A DNA stretch of 64,000 bases, taken from assembly GCA_030704615.1 (NCBI GenBank), contig CM060733.1:33480001-33544000 (forward strand), given 5' to 3'. The stretch is from Takakia lepidozioides. Its lineage: Eukaryota; Plantae; Bryophyta. The translations under genes and the position numbers were made by a program. Position 1 is the first letter of the stretch. Each line of letters begins with the position of its first letter. Positions 47,362 to 59,490 of this stretch are shown piece by piece. Below the pieces are notes generated by a model. It made no database searches, was not told the DNA's origin, and saw only the letters and a list, made by a program, of their open reading frames with translations.

Positions 47362-47590
47362 AAAAGAGAAGCCAGGCCGCTGCTGCATTGAGGTCAACAG
47401 GCAAGTGCATCCGCTTATTGAGGAAATCCATGGTAAGGTTCAGAGATTGTCTGTGATGAAGGAGGCTCGGTATGTGCCTGACACACGATTTGTATTGCAT
47501 GATGTGGAGGAGGAGATGAAGGAACTATCTCTGGTTGCAACCACAGTGAGAAGCTAGCCATGGCTTTGGGGCTCATCAGCACCCCTCCAC
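47362..47590 (+). pseudogene. PPR E+/DYW domain fragment
   Basis: KEKPGRCCIEVNRQVH..YVPDTRFVLHDVEEE..HSEKLAMALGLISTPP, with a frameshift. Confidence 0.85.
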
Positions 47591-48502
47591 AGCTGGAATT
47601 GTCACCCGTAGTCATGACATGAAACCAACATCATTTTTTGCCAATCAACCCTGCCTCCCTCCCTCCTGGTATGGGTCTATTTTTCTCTGTTTCCCTCCCA
47701 AATCTTAAAACCCCAAACCACCCGAGTTACGGGTCACTAGGCTTTCCCGTGCCTGCTCTTCTGGCAATGCCATAAGGCGCTTCAACCAGCACTGGAAATG
47801 AAATGTGTCTGCAACCTGAGCAGCCCCTTTCCCATCCCTTGCTTCCATGTGACACATGCTATCTCTTCCTACAATGGAGGGTAGCTGCCAAACACATCAC
47901 ACAGTGCACACTGCATTGCCATGGGAGGGGGACAGTAGCATAAATGACGCAGACGTGATCCGCTTCATACGTTGAACACCGGTCAAGAAAGGAGGACTTA
48001 CACGAGCAGCATTGAATTGAAGGAGGCCAACTCTGATACCAGGGACCCTGCTGGCATCGCCTGTCCAGCTGACTGCATCATGCTCCCACCAGTCAGCGCC
48101 TAGGCTTCATTGGATCTATGCAGCTTCCCACCAACTAATAACCTTAAACACCAACAAACACACCAGCTGTCTATGACCTCCGTGCAGAGCAAGAGATTGA
48201 GTGCCCGACACCCAGTGTATCCAGCTTCGACTCTGCCATCTTCCTCCCCAATTTCACGCACACAGTAGTTTCAGGGGCGTTTCTATGTACAAACCACAAA
48301 ATAGAAAACATACAGAGCACTGCTGGAAATAGTAAAAGGCAAGTGGATGGCTAGCAAAGAAGGTTCAAGTACCAGAATAACAAAAGCAAGAGAGAGGCTT
48401 TGGATAGCAAGGAAGTGATACCAACAATAGTCGGGCTCATGGGTATTAGAGGCTTGGTCTTTCTTTCCCGTCTTCTCTTTCCCCCAAGCTCTCGCAAGAA
48501 TG

Positions 48503-50051
48503 CGGCCCTACTCTCTTTGCTCTGATTTATGGACCAAAGGATGACGACTACAATGTGATGGCTTATGACATGGGTGACGGTGTGTGGACTCACTTTGCTT
48601 CATTGTTGTTGTGGAGTTGGTTTCGTTGGACACATGTGGACTCACTTTGCTATACAAATTCATTGTTGTTGTGGAGTGGTTTCCGTGCACACATGGGTCC
48701 AAGGCTTGTAGAGAAATGAAATGAAATGGTACTTTATAACGTCCGCGGAAAGCTCATAGAGCTTATGGGACAAAATGGAAACATGAGAGAGGAACAAGTC
48801 CAGAAACCACAATTAATGTTCTAGCGAATGTCGAAGGGTGAAGGCCTCGTGCAGGTAGGCTGCCAAGCATTTTTGATCCTCATAGTGGAAGACATCAGTG
48901 AGAGTTTGGGTTCCACTGAATAAACAGTGGAATCTCCCACGGATCTCGTAGTATAGAGGGCAGTAGAAGAAGAAGTGTGCTTCAGTTTCGATTTCCTGGC
49001 TGCGCCCTATGCAAGCTGGACATAGGCGGTCCTCCCGTTGCAGGTTTTCCCATCTGCCAGTCTCTATCCGTAGGTTGTGGGAACCCACCCTGAACCGCCC
49101 CAATGCCCTCAGGAGGGAAGGAGATAAGGATGCTGAAAGGTAATTTGGTCTCAAGATTCTATTGTCGCGGAGCACCAAGAATGTCTCTCGATAGAAGTGG
49201 AGCTTTGTTGTGAGATTGGGTAGCTTCCAAGTTCTCTGGACATGTAATTCCATAAGCTCTCTCCTAAAGAGTCTGTTGCGGTCATGTCTGGACGTGATGT
49301 ACACCTCATCTGGATTCATTGGTAATAGGAAAGCAGTAGAAAGTCCGTTACGTTGAAATAAACTGTCCACTCGAGCATACCAGGAGTTCCTGAAACCTGC
49401 AGCTTTGAGCCTCATAAATGTTGTGAGGGCCCTTGCCACGAGCCCCTTGGGTGGAAGGGCCTGTAATCTATGGAGAAAGATTGTAAGCCGGAAGAGGGCC
49501 TCGGATTGCAATGGTACACATGCGAACTCTGCCCCTAGGATCTGAGATGGAGTTGTGCTCCTGGCGCCAAGCATTGCTTGGAGAAAAGATGACTGTAATG
49601 GCTCCAAATTCTTTTCCCACCAGGAGACAGGGACACCAGGTGCCCAGAACTCACAACCATAGATGGTAGCAGGGCTGACGACAGTTGTCAAACAGCCACT
49701 TTTTGGTAGAGAGTGGGCCGGCTATTGCTAGTTGGGCTTCTTCATCACGGAGATGATCCACTCTTAGGAATATGGGAGTTCCAAGTTTCTACAAAGACTG
49801 TAGAGTGGGTGGAGATTGCAAGAATGGAGTTCGAAACAAGGGCCACCATGTACTACTATTCACCCGTGGTGACCCATGACAATCTCATAGTCATTTCGAC
49901 TGGCATAGAGTATCCAAAAGTTGTGCTGTATGACATGAAGCAACACACATGGACATCCCAACCACTTGGTTTACAAACTAGGATCGAGGAATTCAATATT
50001 ATTTGTAGCTTAGTTTTGGTTGGCGGTTTTAGCTTAGGTGCAAAAGTCTAG
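48503..50051 (+). pseudogene. Truncated paralog of the F-box gene at 61233, interrupted by a LINE
   Basis: Matches ~61855-62330 (GPTLFAL..MAYD..GVWT; EWVEIA..GG.SLGAKV*); upstream 48200-48495 matches ~60905-61185. Confidence 0.85.
48715..49705 (-). mobile_element. 5'-truncated non-LTR retrotransposon (RTEX-like C-terminus)
   Basis: TSD GTAGAGA at 48708-48714 and 49706-49712; (CATTT)n tail; ORF 48813..49691 with YGCEFW, SHNLRIETGRW, CPAC..ETEAHFFFYC. Confidence 0.85.
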
Positions 50052-50224
50052 ACAAGCTTTTCTTTCCTTTGAACTCCCATCGGTTTCTTGTATGGCTTCT
50101 TACATCCTCTATGCTCTAGGCATTTGGCAGACATGTCCACGAGGGTAGTAGTCAGAATTTGTTACACTTCCAGCTTTCACAATGTGAGCGTGGACCTGTT
50201 TGCCCTTTTCATGTTCATGGATGA

Positions 50225-50440
50225 TGTGTAGAAACACGTTTGGTTTGAATCCAGTTTGGATAGTGTGGGAGTGCACCTACTTTCGAGCTTCCAGGCCTTT
50301 TGTCTTGATGCACTTATTCAATCTTGAGACAGATGTAAGTATGCGAATCTGCTGAAAGGCCTCCTTGATTCAAAATGTGCATAGCCTCTGTCAGTTGTCC
50401 TGCTTGATATATTGTCCTCAACAGCACAAGACTGCCTTGT
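50225..50440 (-). pseudogene. PLS-class PPR N-terminal fragment
   Basis: GQLTEAMHIL..GLSADSHTY / KCIKTKGLEARK*VHSHTIQTGFKPNVFL. Confidence 0.6.
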
Positions 50441-53233
50441 GGACTTCCTTTCCTCGTCCTCTTTTGAAATAGGCGGACATGGTCGAGGTGCCTGATTTTA
50501 TGGACTGTGCTTCTGCTGCTTCCAGTTGAACATCTGTCACTGGCCTTACTCTTGTGCTTGACATGATCTAGCCTCCTCAAATGCATCTGGACTCACTCCA
50601 TACCAGCCTTCTTTCTTTCAGCTACTCCTACCTCGACAACAAAAATGTGTAGATCCTCCTTGCCCCTAGCAACTGACATTGACAACCTAATATGTATTTA
50701 GCAAACACCCATATCTTCAATCTCCGTCTCATCCAAGCCTTCGCGATGATCTAATTACTAGTTTGAAGAAACTTTCATGACTGTCAAGTATAATTGCCAG
50801 ATTTTGACCATGCGCACACTCTCTTATATTGTGTCGAGTACACTTTATCAGTAGAATCAACCGCAGAGGAACACCTGCTGTCCCAGGATATTATCCTCTA
50901 TCCCACAATCGTCCAGAAGGTGTGTTTGAGCAGTTCCATTTCAAGTGATCTCAGACAACAAGCTGCTGTAAGGCAAGAAATATTTTGAACACAACCCCCA
51001 ACAAGACCTGCGATTGCACTCTTCATGATCTCTTAACCAATTGCCTAAAATTCTTCTAGTGTTGCCGCCATCCAAGAGACAAACACCTGAGGCTCGCCTC
51101 CAAGACGCAAGAATCTCCAACCCACCAAGCGCTGTGATGAATTAGACGCCTCAAAGGCAATGGACAATGAGGAGGACCAAGAACCCCCCCAACTCTGCGC
51201 CCACTGTGTTTGAACCCCCACTGCAGGTAACTTCATGAAATTTCTGCCAGCTGTGCGTACGCACACTCCAGTCTTCGTTTTGATACTCTCACTTTCTCTG
51301 ATTTTGGAACTGGTTTAGGTTTATTTTGATGTAATTTGCTTGTGGCCTTTGTGATGATCTGCTTGCTATGGTCAGTATATTTGTCCAGCAGATGCAGGAT
51401 GCGCTCGATATGCAGAAGTCATGATGCGAGATTTGCAAGCTCTCTAGTAGAGCATGTGAAGGTGGTGAAAGTCACTGTTGTCATGATTGTGGTTGCAGGA
51501 TTTTATCGTGCAAATGTTGCAGAGCAAATTTATACGTTGTACAATGCTGCAGTGATCCAACGGAAGTGCGCAACGTCAGAGCACCTCAGGAAACTTGAGC
51601 GGCTTCGAGTGACAGGTTGCACGGGGAATCGGCATGCTTCGATGCAGACAAGTGCTCTTCAAAACGATAAAGGAAATTTACTCTAGGGCCCTCCGAATTG
51701 CCCCCAACTGCACAGCATCACACCACACTTGTATTGATTAGAGCCAGAGAATTTCATTCCCGGCACCATGTGACAGCGACTACCTCTCCCCACGAGGCAG
51801 TCAGCTGGACAGGCGATGCAAGCAGGGTCCCTGGTATCAGAGTTGGCTTCCTTCAATGCTGCTCTTGTAAGTCCTCCTTTCTTGGCCGGACGTCTGCGTA
51901 TGCTATTGCCCCCCCTCCCATGGCAATGCAGTGTGTATTCTGTACTACCCTCCATTGTAGGAAGAGATAGCATGTGTCACATGGAAGCAAGGGAGGAAAA
52001 GAGGTTGCTCAGTTTGCAGACACATTTCAATTCCAGTGCTGGTTGCAGGTCTTGAGGCGCTGGACGGTAAAGCCTAGTAACTGGGAGCTGTCTTCAAAGC
52101 ATGTAGCTTTTTGTCACTGGTGGTATTCTTCACTGTAACTGAGTTCAAGCCCAGAATTTTGAATTCAAAGAGGGATTGTGCACACCGAGGACCTTGACCA
52201 CAGATACCAGCGCAGGAGCGGAATCAATGAATGCAGCACCTATGTTACTCTGTTTGATGCAGCTTTAGTTGCTTGATCTATGTGGATGATCTCGGAGTAG
52301 AGAAGCGGGGTGCTCGACGATGCACAATTACTTTGGAGCGTGTCTGTATGCCTTGGTATGTTGAAGCACTGCCACTTATGTAGCATACAGAACCCCCTAA
52401 GATTACAAAGTCAAGTGGATTCGTGAATCTTCGTTAGATGTATGTCAGCGCCCAGGCTTCATTGGATCTATGCAGCTTCCCACGAACTAATAACCTTAAA
52501 CACCAACAAACACACTGCTGTCTGTGACCTCCGTAACTATATCTCTGCAGATTTTTTCTATCTCCTCTCCTCTCTCCCAAGGAAGGTAACAATACTCCGA
52601 GTCAAGTCAACACAGAACAGACAAGTTGTCGTTGAAGTGAGCCTTTCACGATTTTAGTAGGAGAAATGTGCCCAACACCCCTCCCTCCAACTCTTATTTA
52701 CACAAATTCATGGTTTAGGGTTTTGATACAAACCCCAAAACCCTGAAGTGGGTCCAGAGATGCAGACTCCTTCTAGTTAAATATGTATTGATTCAAAGCC
52801 CAAACCCTGAGGTGTCCTGGAGGAAGCCTTGTCACCTTCTAGTTGACATATCTAGCTTAATCCTGGAACTGTGAACTACGTATGCAGACATCAACTCTGC
52901 AACATCAAATAGCCATGAATCTTGCAGATGCTAGCACCCCAGCTTTCTGACAACTGTATGAAGAACAAACTTCGACGATTGGGCTGCTAGAGTCAAACTG
53001 TCATCTTACCTTATAAATGATCACCTCTCAGGAATGAACTTAGACAGGCCAGATAAAACACTGTCAATATTGAACCAAGTTCCAAGCCATTTTTGACCAT
53101 TCAGACCATTACATAACCTTGAAGGCGTGTTAGTGCATCTTCCTTCTTCCTATCTACTCTACAGCTAAGCCTCCGACAATGTGATATCAATTTGCACAAG
53201 GAATTGCATTTTGCAATAGTCTGTCCTTTCCAT

Positions 53234-53760
53234 TCACTCATACGGGATCTGCATGTAGGATGCATCTGACAAAAAGGGCACAACAGCATACATGCCATTT
53301 AATGCGCACCTAATGCAATCCAGCACTATGGAAGGAAACGCAAATGTGATTGCTAGCCAGCAGTGTGCCCCGAATGTTCCCCAGTAAACTGCCTGTGGCA
53401 CCCACTCATTCACCGTCCCAATCACCTGAACAATGGTCTCCAGCAACATGCCGGTTACAACATGGAATTGGAGGAAATGAAGCCACCAATTATTGCGCAC
53501 CACACCAAGATATGCACCGAAGAAACATGCAAGCAAGAACCATCCAGGTACGGAACGGATAAGAATCAGAAAAGGGTATGTACTCATAGTCTTCAATAAA
53601 GGAGTGCAGACTGTATGCAGTCTCTGCATACATCCAAGTCTCACTCAAGGGCCAGAATGTGCCACCAAAACTTGGGCTTCTCCGTGTCATCGGAGGAAAT
53701 CCCTTAAAGGACGGCACATCCTCTGCTGAAGCCCTTGCACGTTTCCTCTCTGATTTCTAG
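53234..53760 (-). pseudogene. TIC20: Tic20-I chloroplast import channel pseudogene
   Basis: FPPMT, ETWMYAETAY, GAYLGVVR, FHVVTGMLLE, IRCALNGMYAVVPFLSDASYMQIPYE; frameshifts and deletions. Confidence 0.88.
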
Positions 53761-54885
53761 CTGGAATGGAGGAAAGTCTGAGAAAGGTATACTAATACCA
53801 ATCAGTTTGGTAATAGTAAATGAAGGTACCCGTATGGTGGCTCTTTCAACTACCTACAGCAACCCTGCCAGGTGTCCTTGATGCAAAGGATGAGTTGCTG
53901 TGATGGGAAAACTTAGAATTTAAACCAGAACACGTGCTTTATGGGGAATGTTAGACAGGAGGTCAGTCGAGAGAGCAAAAGAGAATGCAGGAGAAACATG
54001 CTTGAGAGGCTAGGAGAGAGGGAGGGGATAGGAGGGCAATATTACCTCCTAAGCTCCTGATGCTTTCTTGGTAAATGAGGAAGCAATGCCTGTCCAGCCC
54101 TACGGCATAAATGAGGGAGATCACAATCCAGTGTAAACACTGCACCTACAGGCACAGAGATGAGACCGTCAGATGGATAACTACCATCACACAGTAAGCA
54201 TTGGCATGACCTAACCAAAAATACACATTCTCCCTTCCCTCTTTGGAAAACAAAAGCATGCTTAGAGAAGCTGTTATACTTAATCCCTTGACTTTTCTAT
54301 TATCATAAAGCTGAGGCAGAAATTCATACGGCCACCACACCAATCATAACTTTTACGGGATTATACAATGAACAAGAGCCTCTCTAGATTGGACAGAGAG
54401 ACCTAGATATCTGGTCCCAAAATCTGCAGGTCAGCCCAACCAAAAAAATTAGAATGCCTTGCTGACATTGTGCTCTCTAAAGTTTGAAAGAACTACATGC
54501 AGCAGAATTTGATCATGTGATGTAAGCCTTACTTTACACGGTACGTGAAACAAGAACGAGAACAGTCACTAGTCTCAATCCAAGCACCACTTCGTGCCCT
54601 ACAGTGAAACCAATCGTCAGTCTAAAAGTTAGAAAATGCTTTACGAGCTATGAGGTGAGCCCATGAGAATTTTCCAAAGGCAATGGTACCGTCGAAACAG
54701 CCTTCATGCGTATGCACACACTACAAACCCGCGTTGGGGCCAGAAAGTGACACGGGAGTTCACAGGCAGGCAACGATGCGCCACAACTTGGAGTCAACAT
54801 CACATTGCCCTGCATCAAACAAGCTCTCTCTGGCAGGCTAAATCTCAACAGAAAATACAAACCGATACAGACAGCCAAATGATAA

Positions 54886-55330
54886 TCACAATGCAACCAT
54901 CCCTTTCCTGTATGCAGGAACTGCACCAAGGCCCTGTTGTCAGATTGTTATTTCACATTGGCAGAAGACAGAAGCAAGTACTTACCCTTCGGAGGCCTTC
55001 AAAAGGCCACGAGCCAAGAGGGACTCGAACCCACCGGGATGCCCAGCCAGAAGTGGCTCGCATTTGGTCCAAAGTTCGGCAAACTGCAAGTGCTTAGCCG
55101 GGCCAAACACTTGCCCCCCTTTTTGTAGTCGTGTCCATTCAGAATGCACACTGAATGCATACAAATGTAATGCAATGCAAATCCCCATGCAGGACTGACA
55201 GGAAGGCAAATGCAGGACCGACCGACATGGAGTGACTCACCAACTTGCAAAGTCCTGCTGAAGCCATGCTGCCTCATCGTTTAGGGGTTAATTTAAATCT
55301 GCAAAGTGAAGTCCAGCAACCGATCCTCAT
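54886..55330 (+). repeat. Direct duplication, copy 1 (copy 2 at ~58404-58850)
   Basis: Near-identical ~440-bp segments flanking the Dof-like gene region. Confidence 0.9.
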
Positions 55331-55881
55331 ATACAAAAGCCTTTCCCATCCCTTGTGATCAGACAATTTTCCTGTTCACACATTTCTATCAAGAGCCTTC
55401 ATACAAAATTGACACAGCTACGACTGCACTTTGGAGACAAAGTAGTCCTCTCCCTCTCCTTCTCACTCTCGCTGCCAACCTCTTCTTATGGTGCCTCTCT
55501 TTCTTAAGGCGTCCTTGGCTCTGCCCTCTCTTCTCGATGCCTCCCCTTGCCATGAACAGCTTCCCTGTCACAGAATTGGAGCGACAAGTCAACTGGTCAA
55601 CTATTGTTGTCTAAGTCCCGATTTATAGGGGGAGGGGACGTTGTGCAAACTGCAAACGATATGGGATAAATGATTGACCAATTGGCGCTGGCATGTCCCA
55701 TAATAGCTGTCCCTTAAATGCGGGCTCACGCAACTTTGGATGACATTCGTGCAAATCTGAGGTTTCCATTACAAGCTTTTTGTGTCGGTGGTTTGCATGG
55801 CATTGTGGGTGAGGCACAGCTGCGGGGCTCTCGTCGTGATTCTGCTGTGCACCTCGCCTTGTCTGTCTGCGTTCCTTTGCA

Positions 55882-56892
55882 ATGGACTTTACTGCACTCG
55901 CTGGAGATCTCATGTTGTGGCCTGAGCTAGAGCCTGAGCCAGAGCTCGATTCATCCTCCCAATTGCTTGGTGTTGTTCAGGGAGAGGCAGGGCCAGAGCT
56001 AGAGCTCGATTCATCCTCCCAATTGCTTGGTGTTGTTCAGGGAGAGGCAGGGCCAGAGGTAGAGCTCGATTCATCCTCCCAATTGCTTGGTGTTATTCAG
56101 GGAGAGGCAGGGCCAGAGGTAGAGCTCGATTCATCCTCCCAATTGCTTGGTGTTGTTCAGGGAGAGGCGTGGCCAGAGGTAGAGCTCGATTCATCCTCCC
56201 AATTGCTTGGTGTTGTTCAGGGAGAGGCGTGGCCAGAGGTAGAGCTCGATTCATCCTCCCAATTGCTTGGTGTTGTAGGTTCTAGAAAGCGTACACAGGG
56301 AGAGGCATGGCCAGAGCTGGAGCTCGATTCATCCTCCCAATTGCTTGGTGTTGTACGCTCTAGAAAGCGTAATAAAGGAGGAGACGGCGGCCTGGCGCTC
56401 ATGGATTACCAGGGGGACAAAAGATGTCCTCTGTGCCTGTCGGAGAACATCAAATTTCTCTACTGGAACAATGGGCTGGCGAAGGGTCAACCTCGCTGCG
56501 TTTGTCAGAGCGGATCCTGCGGCCCCCATTTTACCTTCACGCTTGGAGGTAAGTTGCGAAAACGACGTAATTTTATGCTTGCGGATGCCATACCAGCTGC
56601 TGCTGCACACCAGGTTTCCAGCGATTTTATGCACGGGGATGCCATACCAGCTGCTGCTACACACCAGGTTTCTAGCCCTCATACGTTGAGCGCCATGGAT
56701 ACAGTTGACCGCTACATGCGGTTGTTGCGAGAAGGTCTCGTGATGTACACGCCTTCCGGGGGGAAAATCTCTATCCAACAAAAGATGGTGAATCTGGAGC
56801 AGCTCCAAAACACTCTACAGCGCTTGGATAGGGAGGTCTCGCAACGTATGCACCTTTATGAGGAAAACTCTATGTCCACAAAAAGCTATTGA
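55882..56892 (+). CDS. Atypical Dof zinc-finger protein with 7 x 20-aa acidic N-terminal repeats
   Basis: CPLCLSENIKFLYWNNGLAKGQPRCVCQSGSC..FTLGGKLR resembles Dof CPRC..TKFCYYNN..QPRHFC..C..WT.GG.LR; open 336-aa intronless ORF; 60-bp tandem units. Confidence 0.75.
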   Translation: MDFTALAGDLMLWPELEPEPELDSSSQLLGVVQGEAGPELELDSSSQLLGVVQGEAGPEVELDSSSQLLGVIQGEAGPEVELDSSSQLLGVVQGEAWPEVELDSSSQLLGVVQGEAWPEVELDSSSQLLGVVGSRKRTQGEAWPELELDSSSQLLGVVRSRKRNKGGDGGLALMDYQGDKRCPLCLSENIKFLYWNNGLAKGQPRCVCQSGSCGPHFTFTLGGKLRKRRNFMLADAIPAAAAHQVSSDFMHGDAIPAAATHQVSSPHTLSAMDTVDRYMRLLREGLVMYTPSGGKISIQQKMVNLEQLQNTLQRLDREVSQRMHLYEENSMSTKSY

Positions 56893-57702
56893 TTTGGAGG
56901 AGATCCAAAAAACTTTATGGGGCTTGGATAAGGGGATCTGGACAGAGGCCAAAGTTTTGTGCAAGAGAAGGTTTCACTGCACTCAACTGCTTCAGGGTGT
57001 ACATATTCGTGACATTATTTGGTGTACATTGTAGTGAGGATAATTAATGGAGCATTTTGCCCTGCTTCTTGAATTCAATTTTAAGCCATGCTATTGTTTG
57101 CATGAACTGGCTAGCACCTGCAAGTGTTGGGCATGCACTGAGCACTTAAGTGTACTGGCAGATTTGTATATAATTTACTTGAGGTCCTCTCAGAACCTCA
57201 CAGATTTTCTTCATTTGGGGTGTTTGTCAATTGTTGCTTAAACTTTGAAGCTCTGCGCCTTAAGGGGCCCATGGTCTCTAGTGAATTAGTTCCTCAATGA
57301 CATTTCCATGACCTCCCTCTATGATTTACCCCCCATGAGCGTTTGACAACATTTACTTAGACTCTGGAAATCTTAGTAGTTGCCTACCTGTAACTGGGCT
57401 ACCACATATACGACACAGGGCCGGGGACCCAATGGCAAGGCTTGAAATCTTACACTCACAGCAAAACCTGCATGAATTTGAAATTATATGAATACTCACA
57501 ACAATTCTTGGGTAACACTACTCCCTCAAAAGTGTATAAGAACATTTATGGTCCGCATCACTTCTCAGAGTTCCATGGAGCTCTAATGCTTTGGATGACG
57601 ATTGAAAGAAATGAAGAGGAAAAAGAAAGCCAGAACATTGCTGAATGCACATTAAATCTGAAATCAGGTCACTAATGTGTAAAGCAGAAGCATTCTTCTT
57701 AC

Positions 57703-57960
57703 CATTGGTTACAAGGTGTTTTGGTAGGACACTCCATCAACTCAAAGCAGATGCCACACTCCCCGTCCATATCTTCCAGAGGGGTGGGCAGTGCTAGCAT
57801 CCACAGAGCTAGCACTGCTGTCTTGCTTGCTCATACTCAGATCAAAGTGAGACACAAAACCCCCACTGCAGAGTCTGACATAAGTAAGAACTGTCCCATA
57901 GGCTGATCGCCACTTCACACCAAGAAGACTTCCATCTCCGCTTCATTGTCAAACTGAAAG
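57703..57960 (-). pseudogene. RING-finger exon fragment, RAD5/16-type SNF2 helicase-like
   Basis: VRLCSGG... and ECGICFELMECPTKTPCNQW followed by a GTAAG donor; frameshifted. Confidence 0.45.
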
Positions 57961-58403
57961 AATAGAATGGCCACATCTACATGTGAGCATTGTCTGCAGT
58001 GAAGTTTTAAGTATCAAAAGGCAAGAGTAATCACCCTTCACCCCTCTGTTAGTGCAGTAAACTTTGATGCAGCATCAAAGTATGCATATCCACTCCATCA
58101 TTCACTCTATGGGGTGATATTAAGGTTTTGAAGTTGCCGACAGAGGAAGAGGTAATGAGTAACAATGTGTGTGTGTCCCAAGTTATTTAATACATCATGG
58201 AACTTGGTCTTGCAGGAGTCAAAGCAGTTTTACACTCAATTTTTTCCCATATTGATGGGAGATCTTGTTCTAGACAATGGGACTTACCATTGTGCTGCTA
58301 CAGTTAGTTTGAAAGAGACCTTTGAAAGTCCAGCCACTTCAGTTATTAGGTGAAATGGGGATGAGTTGAACAAAGGCCACTTAAACCATAGACATCTACA
58401 AGT

Positions 58404-58850
58404 CACAATGGAATCCCTTTCCTGAATGCAGGAAGTGCACCAAGGCCCTGTTGTCAGATTGTTCTTTCACAGTGGCAGAAGACAGTACCAAGTACTTACC
58501 CTTCGGAGGCCTTCAAAAGGCCAAGAACCAAGAGGGAGTCGAACCCACTGGGATGCCCAGCCAGAAGTGGCTTGCATTTGGTCCAAAGTTCGGCAAACTG
58601 CAAGTGCTTAGCTGGGCCAAACACTTGCCCCCTCTTTTGTAGTCACGTCCATTCAGAATGCACAATAAATGCATACAATGTAATGCAATGCAAATGCTCC
58701 CCATGCAGGACTGACATGCAGTCAAATACAGGACTGACTGACATGGAGTGACTGATCAACTTGCCAAGTCCTGCTGAAGCCAGGCTGCCTCAGCGTTTAG
58801 GGGTTAATTTAAATGTGCAAAGCAAAGTCCAGCAACCAAAATTCCTCATA
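58404..58850 (+). repeat. Direct duplication, copy 2
   Basis: Matches 54886-55330. Confidence 0.9.
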
Positions 58851-59379
58851 TAGCCAGAAGTGGCTTGCATGTGGGAATTTGCAAGTGCTTGACTGGGCCA
58901 AACACTTGCCCCATTTGAATGCAAGCAATGATAAAACGGTGACACGCCCATGAAGAAATGTGCCCAAGCCATCGAGGCCTTCCAAAGGTTTCTGCGGCAC
59001 ACCTTCCTTCCATACTGTTGGCTGAACCTAATTTTCTGACTGCACTTGTTCTCTGACACTCTACTCTACATCCATATAGGATTCTGTCACTGCTCTGCCA
59101 GCTATGGATTTGCAAGCAGTCCCCATGACAGTAGGAATGGATAGACAAACTCCATATAATACACCTCTCTATTGTGTTGAATGCCTACATAACACCTGCT
59201 TGCACATTTTGCAAAAGATGGATTGCAGGCAGCCAGGAAAAACTGGTAAAGTATGTCTTACAGTAGCAGAGTCGTTGCACTGTCATCCAGACTCCTGCAT
59301 TCACAACTAATATATTATTTCCAGGAGCACAAGCTATTGACAGTTGTACAACCGATTGTGAAGCAGTGGTGGGTGCTTG

Positions 59380-59490
59380 TGGCAGGATCCACCAACTACA
59401 GTCTTTTTGTTGTCAATTTGCACAGGAGCTGTGGGCATCACACCGACAGCCGCCTCTCATGTCTACATGGTGTGTCATCCGTGCATAACC
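59380..59490 (+). pseudogene. SNF2 helicase C-terminal (motif V) fragment
   Basis: QDPPTTVFLLSICTGAVGITPTAASHVYM resembles VFLLSxRxGxVGINLTAASxV. Confidence 0.6.

Noticed and set aside
51832-51842. TGGTATCAGAG resembling a tRNA-iMet primer-binding site
   Set aside because: It is not preceded by an LTR ending in CA and no gag follows; likely chance or an unrecognisable relic.
55020-55032. B-box-like GGTTCGAGTCCC on the minus strand (also ~58534-58546), suggesting a tRNA or SINE
   Set aside because: No convincing A-box, cloverleaf, tail or TSD was seen.
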